DNA of 62,338 nucleotides, filler included, from Dugesia japonica (lineage: Eukaryota): the NCBI GenBank assembly GCA_001938525.1. It is 5 parts of 5 records of this genome, joined end to end, with 100 filler letters (N's around TTAATTAATTAA, not from the genome) between each part and the next. Parts side by side here need not be neighbours in the genome. Positions count along the whole stretch, not along the records: positions 11,018 to 19,525 come from MQRL01636841.1; positions 19,626 to 35,675 come from MQRL01580728.1; 3 more parts are not named here. One strand, written 5' to 3'. Positions 12,901-24,700 of this stretch are shown one piece after another (within the stretch, counting starts at the first letter, position 1; each line of letters opens with the position of its first letter). The position numbers and the translations under genes were made by a program. The notes under the pieces are model-generated. The model did not search any database and was not told the origin of the DNA. It worked only from the letters and a program-made list of their open reading frames with translations.

Positions 12901-15155
12901 TCCATTTTTAAGCAATTTGATTGGTCGAAATTATATAAAGTCAACTGGGCCAGAATTTGATTACTTGAAATTTTCTTTGAGATTTGACGAGTTAATTGTT
13001 ACCTAATTACCAAAAATTAATTTTTGTTTAAATTAAGTGAAACATTTTATTTCTGCACATCTTATTTTGACTGTTTGTGTTTTTATTTTTATTAATATTG
13101 TGAACTTTGACTGATTTATTGAACAGATTTAGGTAAATGAATGATAAATGAGTAAATATAGTAAAATTAAAGTAATTCATAACGTTATTGATAAAATTGT
13201 GAATGTATTAAGNCGCATTAAATATAAATTAAGTAAGGTGGAATTGCAATAATTGGTTTGAAAGGTTAATTGAGCAGGTTTAAGTTTTTAAGTAGATGAT
13301 TGTTAAGTAAAAAGAGTATGCCAATGAAATATTTCCGATAAATTTATATAATTTTTGTAAATTCTTAATGACCTCTATGCAATTACTGAAAACCTTTATG
13401 GAGTACTATTTAATTTCTATTTTTTTTCATATTATTTTTTAATGTTTTACATTGGAATTTTAAAACTTTAAGGACTTTATGTAATTTTTAAAAATTTTCC
13501 ATTTACTTTTATGCAATTTCTATACGCTTTCCGATATTTCTATATAATTACCATAAATTATTATTGACTTCTTTAAAATATTTAACAAATGTTTTTTATC
13601 TCTATGTAATATTTTACAAATTTGAACTAATAAACCAAATAAGTTACCAGCATAGAATTCACTGGAATGAAATATCGGATTCATAATGGAAAATAGAGAC
13701 AACAACATGAAAAATACACGACTCGTCTTTTTATAAGTTAATTATTTTATAAATTAATAATTTGATTTAATATTTAGTTAATGATTTGATAATCAGCTAA
13801 ATTTAATTTTGTGAATTGTATATGATGTAATGAGTGGGATTATGTGTTTTATCGGCAATAAATTTTGTGTTAAAGATAAGTGTGCCGATTTTGTTATGTA
13901 TTATTATTGCCCAGGTGTAATTAATGTTAAGATTATTATTGCCCGGGTGAAGCTTCTGTTAAAGCTCCCCGTGGATATGCCACCATTTTATTTGTGTGTA
14001 TATTTTAACAATATTATCCTTGTTCAGTTAAAAATTTCACGTAATTTAAGCACAAGTCATTGATTTAGTTTAATTTAACTAAGATGTTATGTAGTAATGA
14101 TTACATTATATGCTCATGGAGATTGCATAATCAAATCTCACATATAATTTCACCAAATCAAAATGCTTTAAAATGGGGTTAATTGACCTGAAAATATTTC
14201 TAATAGGAAAATTCTGGACCCGTTGATCTTACAAGTAAATTTCGACCAATCACATTTTTAAAAATCGACACACCTAATTTTCGACCAATCAAAGTCTGGG
14301 ACAAAAAAATATTCTGGAGATGAGATTGTCCCCGATTATCTATCTACTTTAAACGATTGATACTTTTTCACGTAATTAGTAAGAGAAGTGAAATTTTTTC
14401 TTCCTTGATAACTCTCATTCCAGTTTACATTTTATATACACATTTCACTATTCATCTTGACGAGAAATCGGTGAAAATCACTTTTAATTTTTTAACTTAA
14501 TATTTATCCTTCATGATTTGCAGTTCAATGAAACATATATCATTCGTAATTAATCTAGAACTGTATAAGTATTGAAGTTAATAATTAGGGCAACCCAACG
14601 CAACTTCTTGCTACTTTTAAGCAAAAATGCAACTACTTTGCTACATTTCAAAATAAGTGTATTTTTGATTATTTTATTTGTTTCATTTTAATTTTACCCA
14701 CTTGATTTCTAATTCAAACTCAATCGCCAGCAACCAAGAGAAAAATGTGAGACAATATAAAAAGGATTTTATTACGGGAGCAAATAGAAATCTTTATCGC
14801 ATTCTATGCAATCAATATGCAAGGAATTCAATAAACTTTTATATATTTTTGCAACTTTTGGGTTTCCTTAATAATAACATTAGCAGATGACGATGAAAGA
14901 GTGACCATTATTTTTTCACTATGGATATTGAGCTTTTTAATTCAATTATTATACATGATCTTCTTTTCTACTTTTAACGATCGTTGGAAAAAAACTCATT
15001 TTGTAACAATTCAAAATGGTAATGCAATTTACAACATAAACTGTTTTATGTTATTTGTTTAAATATTATTTCCCAATTTTTTAAATAATTATTTCATATT
15101 ATCATATTAATCCACTATGGTATTAATATACAATGTTGATTCATTTTTATTACAG

Positions 15156-15188
15156 GCAAAATTAAAAGATCTGCAGTTGAATGGCAAG
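15156..15188 (+). CDS. ATP7: Putative 33-nt micro-exon of the ATP7-type ATPase
   Basis: tttttattacAG acceptor, open frame KIKRSAVEWQ, GT donor at 15189, 44-nt intron, phase 1 joins in frame to the next exon. Confidence 0.5.
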
Positions 15189-15232
15189 GTGCTTATTTAA
15201 GATATCTTTCAAATAATGAATCAGTTTTGTAG

Positions 15233-15522
15233 AAATCACACAATCTACTGAAGCTCATATATTAATAGGCAATCGTAATATGATGAAAGAAAATCATATA
15301 TCTGTTCCGGAAAATTCAGATTTAATGATGTCAAAGGATGAAGACAAAGGTAGAACAGTTGTGTTGATGGCTGTTGATAAAGTTTTAATTGCCATGATTT
15401 CTATTGCTGATCAAGTAAAAAAGGAAGCTTCATTAGTAGTATACATTTTAGAGAAAATGGGAGTTGATGTTTTTCTTCTAACGGGTGATAATCGAAAAAC
15501 CGCAGCTGCAATTGCCAAAGAA
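15233..15522 (+). CDS. ATP7: Internal exon of copper-transporting P1B-type ATPase (ATP7A/B homolog), N/P-domain region
   Basis: ILIGNRNMM...EDKGRTVVLMAVDKVLIAMISIADQVKKEASLVVYILEKMGVDVFLLTGDNRKTAAAIAKE closely matches ATP7A/B; AG at 15231-15232, GT donor at 15523. Confidence 0.92.
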
Positions 15523-16836
15523 GTAAAATATAATTAATATAATTTTTGTTACACTAAATTATTTTTGAATTTTCAATGTTAATTGTAGTTTAATTATAAA
15601 TTTTTATTTTTATTTACAATAACACAGTGTTACAAAAGATTTCAATCAACCAGTAACAATGCGTTGATATTTGTCGTGTTGATCCATAAGACTAATTTTT
15701 TAAATTTTTTTAGTTTGAAACATTCCCGACGATTTTTGTTTGATTAAACTCCATTTTATTTGGTTTAAACAAATCGAAATTGATCTCCGTGAATCGAGAA
15801 AACTATATTTTTGCCGTTGTTTGGGAATATCAACGTTTCCATAATGGAAACATGTTTTAGCGACCTCTGTTTATGTACTCGATTAAACTCGATCAATAAA
15901 ATATCACCTACTTATTCATTCTTATTAACTTGAAACATCATTTTCATTAGCTAAATTAAAATTATTTTTAAGCAATAAGCTTGAAAACTTATCAATTACT
16001 TGTTTTAAAATGGTATGTTTATTTATTGTATATTTAGTGAAATTAAACAAACTGTAAATATTGTCAAAGTTTTTAAGTTAATAAAATATGCATCTTGTAA
16101 ATTCTTGTGTATAAAATTGTTTAAGTATGAAAATTTATTTAAAGTTTAACTTTTAATTTAAGATTGAAAATTTATTTTTAAATTCGGTTTTCTACATTTT
16201 AGTAGTTTAGTTTCTAAAAATAAACTTTAAGTGATGAAATTTTGTAAATTTATAAAATTTGTAAATTATTATTGTATTGTTAATTTATTTACATTAATAA
16301 TAATAATTAAAATTTGGGAGTCTCTATATTTTGCATTGGACGGGCAGTCTATAAATTCCCAGGCACGTGTTGCTGTATTGCATTTATTAATAAAAAACGT
16401 TTGCAGTTTTGATATTTTTGGCGCGAATTTTTAAAATTTTTTTGGTGGGAAATTTCAAAAAAATTTCTTTTTTTTCTATCCACTAGCTTTTTTGATGGTT
16501 TAATTAACAATCACGTCCGGGAGCATCGGTTGTCGTTCTTTGTCAAGCAACCCTCGTTTTTCCAAAATATCTGAGAATTGCAAAATTAAATTTATTAAAA
16601 AAAATTTACAAATTAATAAATGTCCAACCTGTTTTCATAACATCGTCTTTAAAATCTTTCAATGTTGATTTTCTTGCATCCATTTTAATTTAATTACAAT
16701 AAATAATAATGAAATGTTATATATATATAATAAAAAACCACAACGTAATATATAAATTATTTGAAATTTAAATATCTAAATTTAAATTGATACTTTTTTT
16801 TACTTGAATTGTACATGTATCTGTGTTTCGAATTTT

Positions 16837-17295
16837 TTAAATATTTTCAAGCAAATTAAACAAATCTGAAGTAATGTTATTCACATATCCCTGAAAATAC
16901 AAATTTTTAAGACCTAGTATTACTAGTTTTCCTGTTGAGAACACATTTACACATAAAAGGTCATATTTTGCAAGTCTTATAGCAGGAAATAACTCCGGTT
17001 CGAACCAACAGTTGATAATTCTTACTTATTTATACACATTTATTGGAACTCCCATATTTACGACAATTGTTAGTGATTGTAATGGTAATTTATTTTATCA
17101 TAGGGTTCCAATGGTTTCTTGCAACCCATTATTCTACATTTTCCTGATCTGAAGAATATAATTTTATATTTATCACTTTTGACTTTGAATTGACATGGTT
17201 TACCTATAGGAAAGCTCATTTTTTGTAACTTCTTGAGACACTTCACCTCTGTAATTAACATTGGTAATTTTAATTAATGAATTAATGAAGAACAT
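16837..17295 (-). pseudogene. Compact TATA-binding-protein (TBP)-like gene, copy 1 (two frameshifts, one stop)
   Basis: ITNVNYRGEV...KIIFFRSGKCRIMGCKKP...LQSLTIVVNMGVPINVYK*VRIINCWFEPELFPAIRL....CVNVFSTGKLVILGLK; both TBP repeats recognisable (IFSSGKMVCTGAK, YEPELFPG, IFVSGKVVLTGAK); no introns. Confidence 0.85.
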
Positions 17296-17424
17296 TGAGG
17301 TTTAGGTGGAATTAATTAAATTTATTCGCTTAACACAATGTAAATAATGTACTAAAATATGGATAAATTAAAGAAAAACAAGATTTAAAAATTAATTGAA
17401 TTAAATAAATTAATTAAATATCAA

Positions 17425-18000
17425 AATGTTGGACCCAGTGGTAGCAGGAAAACTTTGCTTGTAAGTCAATTATTGAAATAAAATTTATTTAAGTCTAAAT
17501 TTAAAAACATATAGGGGAGGAGCATGGATTGACTAAATCTGTATTTTGTAATATTAAAATAAAAATTATAAATGGTTTTGATAAAAATTTGATGAAAAGA
17601 GTAAGACCAGGTGATACTATTGTTGTTGATGATCTTTATCAGGAGGTGAACAAAGAAAAAGATTTCAATAATTTCTTCACAAAGATATCAAGAAATCGTA
17701 ATATAAATGTGATATTTATTACACAAAATCTATTTCATCAAGGTGGTAGTCATAGAATTCGTAATTTAAACGTGCAATATTTGGTTCTATTCAAAAATCN
17801 NNNNNNNNNNNNNNNNNNNNNNNNNNNNNNNNNNNNNNNNNNNNNNNNNNNNNNNNNNNNNNNNNNNNNNNNNNNNNNNNNNNNNNNNNNNNNNNNNNNN
17901 NNNNNNNNNNNNNNNNNNNNNNNNNNNNNNNNNNNNNNNNNNNNNNNNNNNNNNNNNNATATATTCAATCCAAATGATATCAGAGTATATAAAGAAAATA
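17425..18000 (+). pseudogene. Maverick/Polinton A32-like DNA packaging ATPase
   Basis: Walker A VGPSGSRKT (G>R) at 17431-17454, Walker B TIVVDD, FTKISRNRNINVIFITQNLFHQG...LNVQYLVLFKN signature; partly in an N gap. Confidence 0.88.
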
Positions 18001-18278
18001 GTGAATTTTTCCTAATATTACAAAAAATGACAAAATTAAAGAAATTTGTATTTGATCAAGTAACTGATGGTGTTGTTAAACGCTAAAAAATGTCTTTCCA
18101 GAAGAGAAAGTATGGAAAAAATCAAAAACAATCGCATAAGAAACATCATGAAAATAAAAGGAAACAAATGAATATGTTTAAAAACTTGCAAAGAGGAGTG
18201 GAAAGAAACAGAGAATGGTGAACAGAAAAATTATTATTATAAACAAATAAATGGTATGTATTATTTTAATAAATAAAG

Positions 18279-18533
18279 ATGAGATTAAAAAGAAGCATTC
18301 CGTTTCTTACTGCATTGATTAAATCATCAAAACCTTCTAGAATGAGAATTTTACAATCATTCTCAACATATGTTATAGACGATTTACTTGAGATTATTAT
18401 AAATATTGTTCGTGGCAATGTAGATTTGAGTGCAGCCAAAAGGAAAACATTGAAGAAATATAAAAGAAATCTTAATTAACGCTTGAAAACACAAAAACTA
18501 GAAAATCAATTAGACGAGTAATGAATAATCAAG
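18279..18533 (+). pseudogene. Conserved small basic Maverick protein
   Basis: PFLTALIKSSKPSRMRILQ....VIDDLLEIIINIVRGNVDLSAAKRKTLKKYK fits the Maverick L..L....R..IL...I..I.E...N...GNV.L......L.K.K pattern. Confidence 0.7.
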
Positions 18534-19004
18534 NNNNNNNNNNNNNNNNNNNNNNNNNNNNNNNNNNNNNNNNNNNNNNNNNNNNNNNNNNNNNNNNNNN
18601 NNNNNNNNNNNNNNNNCAATGGTTGACTTTAATATTATTAGTTTCAATAAAATCAACTCAAATGAACAATGGATAAATTGCAACCATTACCTATCTTTGA
18701 CCTGATATTTGCATCGAATAGTTGTAATGAAGACAAAAATGACGACAATATAGACGGATCCAAAGAACCCAGTAGGTTTTTAAGGCTTAGAAATGTTGAT
18801 GAAAACAGCTCAAAAAAGGCAAAGACAGACGAAAAAGTGGTTATAGAGTCAGCTAGTGTGCAGTCCGAACAAGTCAATCTTGAAAAGATTTCCAACAAGA
18901 GCATAAAAAGCATATGATATTGATGATCTATGNTAAATACATCTAATGGAAATGATTCCACATTCAAAGATTAATAAAGTTTACAAGTATATTTTTGTCA
19001 TTTA

Positions 19005-19110
19005 TCGTTGTATTCCATAGATTTGCAAGAGCTGCTCTATTTTAGGGAATTGAAAGAATAAACAATACTATGTAAAATGGTATGGATACGAAAAGTAAGT
19101 TGGATATTAA
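19005..19110 (+). pseudogene. Maverick integrase C-terminal chromodomain fragment
   Basis: KQYYVKWYGYE..SWI. Confidence 0.6.
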
Positions 19111-19140
19111 CAATACAAATAGACAATCAAGACAAAAAGT

Positions 19141-19302
19141 ACGATGAAACCAAATAATTTCTATACATTTCTATACTTCCCAATTTACATGGATGGTAGT
19201 TGGGAAGTTGCAATGATGGATTTAACCTCTGTATATTCAGCCATGCCGATTTACAGTCAATCTTGGATTGTGTATGAATTACTTAAACCAATTGAGAAAT
19301 AA
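19141..19302 (+). pseudogene. Maverick minor capsid (penton/PX) N-terminal fragment
   Basis: KPNNFYTFLYFPIYMDGSWEVAMMDL matches the PX pattern N..S.F...L..PI.L.G.WEV.L.E. Confidence 0.72.
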
Positions 19303-19525
19303 CTAACAATTGTTGTTAACCATAAAGAAAAACAGTTCTTTTAACGGTTACTAGTAAAGACAAATATCAAAATAATAGCGAAACACTTATACAATTAAAG
19401 AACAAAAATATGTTATTCTTTAGTAGTGATATTAAATTACATAGTTTATTATTTGATATTTTATAATTACAATTATTGTGAGAATAATTGTTGGACTTAA
19501 CCATTGATCGGATTTGAGATTTCAT

Positions 19526-19625
19526 NNNNNNNNNNNNNNNNNNNNNNNNNNNNNNNNNNNNNNNNNNNNTTAATTAATTAANNNNNNNNNNNNNNNNNNN
19601 NNNNNNNNNNNNNNNNNNNNNNNNN
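19526..19625. other. Artificial scaffold-joining spacer
   Basis: N44-TTAATTAATTAA-N44. Confidence 0.97.
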
Positions 19626-20041
19626 CTCTTTTTACTTTAACACCTATTTCTATTTTTGAACACTGTTCACATGTTAAACCGGCAGCTCCAACTATGTTTA
19701 TTTCAGCCTGTTCCAACTCCCTACCTATTTCTCTTTTTGTTTCTGCTAACTGATCCTATACTGCTCTTAAACAATAATAACATGATTTTATTAATCGACT
19801 CTTTATTAATGGTATTGTTGTTGATTTGATTTCATTACATAGTTTACATCGGTTTTCACTATCGTTTACGTTTGCTTTTGGGCTAGCAGTATTCATATTT
19901 ATACTTTGTCTTGACCTCAAAGGATATCTGTTTTCGTCATTAAAAATTTCCGGTTTTTTATTTTTTTGTTTTTGTTTCTTTATTTCTGTCGAAAGATCTA
20001 CTTGATCGATTTTTGGTTCTTCATCTGTTGCCGCCGCTAAC
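19626..20041 (-). repeat. Diverged duplicate of the gypsy post-integrase Cys-rich tail
   Basis: Closely similar to 20217-20581 with scattered substitutions; continues further with CKLC..CYYC..AAGLTCEQC. Confidence 0.85.
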
Positions 20042-20340
20042 NNNNNNNNNNNNNNNNNNNNNNNNNNNNNNNNNNNNNNNNNNNNNNNNNNAAGTATACA
20101 TAAACACTTTGACCTTGAAAAAAATTTCCCACCAATCACAATCAAGTATACATAAACACTTTGACGTTGAAAAAATTTGATCTTGAGGGGGAGGGGTGTT
20201 TATGTGCGCTAGGATCTATCTACTTGTTCCAACTCTCTACCCATTTCTCTTTTTGTTTCTACTAACTGATCATACACTGCTCTTAAACAATAATAACATG
20301 ATTTAATTAATCGACTCTTTATTAAAGGTTGTTAATTTTA

Positions 20341-21728
20341 TTAATTTTTATTAATTGTTGTTGATTTGATTTCATTACATAGTTTACATCGGTGTTCACA
20401 ATCGTTTACGTTCACTTTTGGTCTAGCAGTAATCATATTTATACTTTGTCTTGATCTCAAAAGATATCTGTTTTTGTCATTAGAAATTTCCGGTTTTTTA
20501 TTTTTTCGTTTTTGTTTCTTTATTTCAGTTGAAAGATCTACTTGATCGATTTTTGGTTCTTCATCCGTTGTTGCTGCTAACTTGCATCTTGACACCTGCA
20601 CAAATCTTGGTTTCTTTAGTAGATTCCCTACTTCTTTCACTTTTAAATTCGTAGTTGTGATATCCAATACTACATAGAGACCCTTATTTGGCCATTTTAA
20701 TTTGTTTGATGTGCCAACCTCTATTGATGGTGTATTTACCAAAATTAAATCTCCGATTTTAAATTCATGTGGTTTGGTATCTCTGTCATATAGTTCTTTG
20801 TAACTCACTTGAAAGAATTTTGCATTTGATTTTGCTAATTTCCACAAATCTTCCATATGTTCTTTAATACCAGTCACATAATCACTTTCTTCCATATACT
20901 GAAATATCGGTGGTTGATGTTCTAAATCAATCGGCATGTTGCATTCTCGTCCATACATCACTTAAAGGGTGATGCTCTTGTTGCCGGATGTACACCCATC
21001 CTATAAGCAAATAAACATAAGTTTAACTGTTTGNNNNNNNNNNNNNNNNNNNNNNNNNNNNNNNNNNNNNNNNNNNNNNNNNNTCTTGTTGCCGGATGTA
21101 CACCCATCCTATAAGCAAATAAACATAAGTTTAACTGTTTGTCCCAATTCCTTTGATAACTGGATACGTACGTCGACAGCATTCTGACTAGAGTTTGATT
21201 AAATCGTTCAGTCAGCCCATAAGTCTGCGGATGATACGCTGAAGTTCTCAATTTGTGAATGTTGAAGTAGCTTGTAATTTCCTTCATTAGCTCGCTAATA
21301 AAATGTTTTCCTTGATCCGTTAAGATCTTCTTTGGACCGTATCGACTGAATAATTTTTCTACCAACACCTTTGCGATTTTGTCTGCTTTTTGGTCTTTTA
21401 ACGCAAATGCTTCTGGATACTTTGATAGATAATCCACAACTGTTAATATATAAACTTTCCCATTATCTGTTTCTGGAAATGGACCCACAAAGTCCATTGC
21501 AATTATATCCATTCGAGCTAATGGTACTGGTATTGGTTGTAATGGTACCTTTGACTTCTTGCCAGTGCTCCTTCTTGCTGCACATACTTCATACCGATTT
21601 ACCCAATCTCTAACGTAAGTAGTAATATGCGGCCAATAATATTTCGCTCGCAATTTTGATTCCGTTTTCTTTGCAGACATGTGTCCACCCAATAATCCAT
21701 TGTGATACTGTTCCAATATTTTAGTCAA
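20341..21728 (-). pseudogene. Gypsy integrase (HHCC zinc finger, DDE core, GPY/F-like region)
   Basis: YHNGLLGGH...YYWP...(C>Y)EVC; IAMDFVGP, ILTDQG, SAYHPQTYGLTERFNQTL, HPATRASPF, KWPNKGLYVV. Confidence 0.95.
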
Positions 21729-21729
21729 T

Positions 21730-24700
21730 TTTATCCTTGATTATTTCAACAACCGGTAGTTTGCTCATGTCAAACTTCGCTACCGGTCTACTTTGGGTAA
21801 ATATTATGGGTGCTTGTTTAATCAAATATGCAATCGCGATTGCAATTCTTGTGGGTGATGGACTTCCTGCAATTAATCCATCTACTGCTTCTTTCGTTTC
21901 ACTTTTCAAAGTAACTTTTGTTCCTTTCAAAGCAGGTAATTTTGTAATTAACGGCTCCAAAATTGAAGCAATTTTTTCAGATTCTTCCGTTATTTTTGCA
22001 CTTCCAATCCACATCTTTAGTTCTGGATATAATTTTAATAAAATTAGATGTATTAGTTTTTCCGTTGTCATTTCTTCTGATTCCATTTGTTCTAACATTT
22101 CTTGTGATACAACTGTTAGTTGCTTATTTTGCCTCACGTTTCACTTTGTTACTTTTTCTTGATTTGAAATTCATTAACCGTTGATTCCTCTTGAGTTCCT
22201 ACATCTTGTATTCTTTTTTCTGTCACTTCGTCTGACACATTCAATTCATCTACCGTTTCATCTGCAATTGTTTGTAATTCGGGTAATATCGGCAGTTCTG
22301 CATCAATATCCACTTCTTTGGAATTCCAATTTAGAGATCCTTCAATCTTTTGACTTCTCATTTCTCTTTCTTTTTCAGGCTCTACTTGAGTTAACAAGAC
22401 CTCGTCGTTTTCTTGAGTTTCTGTTCCTTCATCTTCACTTTCTGTAGAAGATGAACTTATTGATACTCGTATTACTGTTTTTGCTGCAATTGTTGATTGA
22501 GTTGCCCAGTCTTTGGTAGGACGTTGTCCAGCCGTAAATCTGGGCTTTTCTGCTAATACGTTTGTAGTTAGTTTCTTCTTCAGCAATTCTTTACCCACCA
22601 CTGGTTGTATATATATTTTATTTGGATGTCTCACTTGCACATCCAATGTTCCAATGATATCTTTGTTTAATAATTCCGGATTAATAAAAAAAAGTGAATA
22701 TGGGAAATTAAATGGCAATTTATTTTTTAATTGATCCACTATTTCATAAGCCATTGTTTCCACTCGTGTTTCTAGGCCGGTAGGTTCAATTATTCTGAAA
22801 GTAAATTTGAGAAGCTTTTCTTCTTCCATCTCTCGATTTTGCCATTTAGTAATTATAATTTTAAATTGATTTGGCCTCCAATCACATTCTTCTTTTAATC
22901 CTGATATTTGATAAGTTAAATCTCTCTTAATGATAAAACTCTTTTAATGATAAATCACTGCTGATTAGTTGATCCAATAATTGTTGCACTTCTTGTTTTG
23001 GTAAATTCTCTTGTTTATTGATGGTTGCAAATTGTTGTATTAAACTTTGCATGTTTACAATATTGTATCTGTTTCTTGTTGTTGCTGCTGCTATTGACTC
23101 GCAAGGTTGGCTTATTGGACACATTTCTTCGCTCAATTGATCTTGTAATCTAGATCTTTGTTCAGGTAGTATTATCGCTACCGTTTCTCGTATATCAATA
23201 TTTATTTCCTCTCCATGTATCTGTAATCCCAATGGCACCTCCGGATTAATCTCACCGATAAACAACTGAATCGTTTTTCTACACAATGTTTCTCTTGGTC
23301 GTTTTTTAGTTTACGGATTCCTTTCTTGATCTTCTGCTAAAAACACGTAAACATCCATCATCGATCCAGGCCAAATACCTGAAACCTTTACTGATTTCTC
23401 CTCATTTTCCTCGTTGATCTCTTCTCCACAATATATAGCGATATCTTCCCTTTTAGTTTCTAAACCAATTGTCTTTCCTCTTGGCATTTGCTTGTTAATA
23501 TACTTCAGTATTTCATTTATTAATTTCTCCCAAGTTGTAGTTGTTTTAATCTTAAATTCCTTTTCTGATTCATCTTGGAAATATACTGTAACATTTACTG
23601 ATTGCTTTGGTATGTTTTTAGCATGTATTTCCACAAATGTATTAACTAATTCACAGAACATTTCTCCTCCAATTAATTTCAATTAATTTAATTGATTTAT
23701 TACTTCTTCTATCTTTAAATTTCGCATTTGTTTATAATTTTCCTTTATTACTATTCCTACCTTGGTTAATGCCAACCTATATGTTGTCCATGGTTCGATT
23801 TCTGTTGTTATTTCTGCTGTTGACTCAATTTTCTCATCTATTATATGCGTAAAGCAATCCATTCGATCTATTTCCGTCATAAATATTTCCCTCATTCTTG
23901 CACCAATTCTATGTATTGGCTGTATTCGAAATCTTTTTGACATTTCATCATCAAGTTCTAATGTCAATTTCGTTATTTCTTCTGGTCGTAATGTAAATTC
24001 AATTAGATGCTCATTAATCTCGTTTAATTTATCATTTTCTAATATCATATAATCACACGTTATTCTATATTTATTCAATTCCTTCTTCAATGGCAGTTCG
24101 CTTATTATATCTTTCAATTCTCTTATTGTTGTAGTTTGAAATTTCGTAATAGTTTTAGATGTCAAACTTGTTGTCGACCCTTTACCTTCGCTCATTACTG
24201 GATAAAAAATTGACACCCCAAAATCGGCTCCAAGAATTGTCTCTTTTATCAGATCTCGATAACTCTTTGCTATTTTTATCCATTTTCTTCTTTTTTCCCA
24301 ATTAATTTGAAAATGAAAACAAGCGTCGCATAATAAATTCATCATCTTCCAATAACTTTGTTTCGGAATAATCTCTTTCCAACTAATAGTAATTTTTACT
24401 AAATTATCCATTGCTTCTAAATATCGACTATTTTCTCACAATTCATCGTCACTCGTCACTAGTTGTTAACTCGATTCGCTATACATTTCTGTAGCTACGC
24501 TGTTTGCTTTCTTTTTATTTTTCTTTACTTTATTCAAAACTTTACTCGAAAACGCTCTCAACATACATATTTGGGCTTTAGGTCCTTCTTTATCTTCTGG
24601 CATTGAAATCGATGCTTGACTGTCGTAATTATTATATACCATAACGTTTTTTTATACTTCCCGTCTAATGATCTCATGATTTGCACTGTTGTTTGAAGAT

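Larger units (their letters stand above)
16837..19302 (+). mobile_element. Decayed Maverick/Polinton fragment (TBP-like gene, packaging ATPase, small basic core ORF, integrase chromodomain, minor capsid)
   Basis: Four Maverick-typical protein motifs in one cluster on one scaffold. Confidence 0.85.

Noticed and set aside
16201-16460. AGTAGT plus GC-richer motifs as the Maverick left TIR
   Set aside because: Plausible, but the partner TIR and TSD are not in the scaffold; a 6-mer in AT-rich DNA is weak evidence
20184-20212. G-rich tract followed by TG as a plus-strand PPT/LTR start
   Set aside because: Only ~20 nt follow before the gypsy sequence resumes; better explained as one arm of a small inverted repeat with 20144-20159
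20976-21140. Exact repeat KQLNLCLFAYRMGVHPATR inside the integrase
   Set aside because: Identical copies directly flank a 50-N gap; typical contig-overlap assembly artefact
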